From contig NC_042998.1 in the NCBI RefSeq assembly GCF_006345805.1, positions 86,490,001-86,554,000 on the forward strand: 64,000 nt of DNA, in the 5' to 3' direction. The notes under the pieces are model-generated. The model was not told the DNA's origin. It did not search any database and was given only the letters and a program-made list of their open reading frames with translations. The stretch is from Octopus sinensis (lineage: Eukaryota). Positions 63,921 to 64,000 of this stretch are shown one piece after another (the stretch's first letter is position 1; each line of letters opens with the position of its first letter). Both the position numbers and the translations under genes were made by a program.

Positions 63921-64000
63921 TATATATATATGAATGTATGTATGTTATGTATGTATATATGTGTGTGCATATGTGTGTGTGTATATATATATGTATGTAT

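Noticed and set aside
48783-64000. Next cadherin exon (membrane-proximal or TM)
   Set aside because: No AG-flanked open segment with the expected sequence was found; a short exon could have been missed by eye.

Overview
Eukaryotic, AT-rich, microsatellite-dense DNA. The repeat families and the cadherin suggest an octopod cephalopod (inference, not checked by search). The window appears to lie inside one large + strand gene. Seven phase-compatible GT-AG exons (17239-48782, 1961 nt, about 654 codons, no stops when joined) encode the membrane-proximal ectodomain repeats of an intron-rich cadherin of the CDH23/Cad87A/Cad88C type; its first and last exons lie outside the window. The rest is intronic and dominated by transposons: a same-strand pile-up of R4/Dong LINE fragments in (TTA)n tracts (1-16.3 kb), several RTE LINEs including a young copy one 2-bp frameshift from intact (51.4-55.3 kb), hAT, Tc1, two mariner relics, Helitrons, Penelope fragments, MITE/foldback elements, tRNA-derived SINEs and a CpG-decayed tRNA-Arg pseudogene. 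I found no clearly new biological system. The most notable observations are candidate minimal hammerhead ribozymes, a twin-priming-type inversion in an RTE element, a locally templated insertion into a retroelement tail, a strand-polarity rule for (TAA)n-targeted insertions, and non-canonical cadherin linkers. Transposon boundaries were read by eye and are approximate unless TIR/TSD positions are given.
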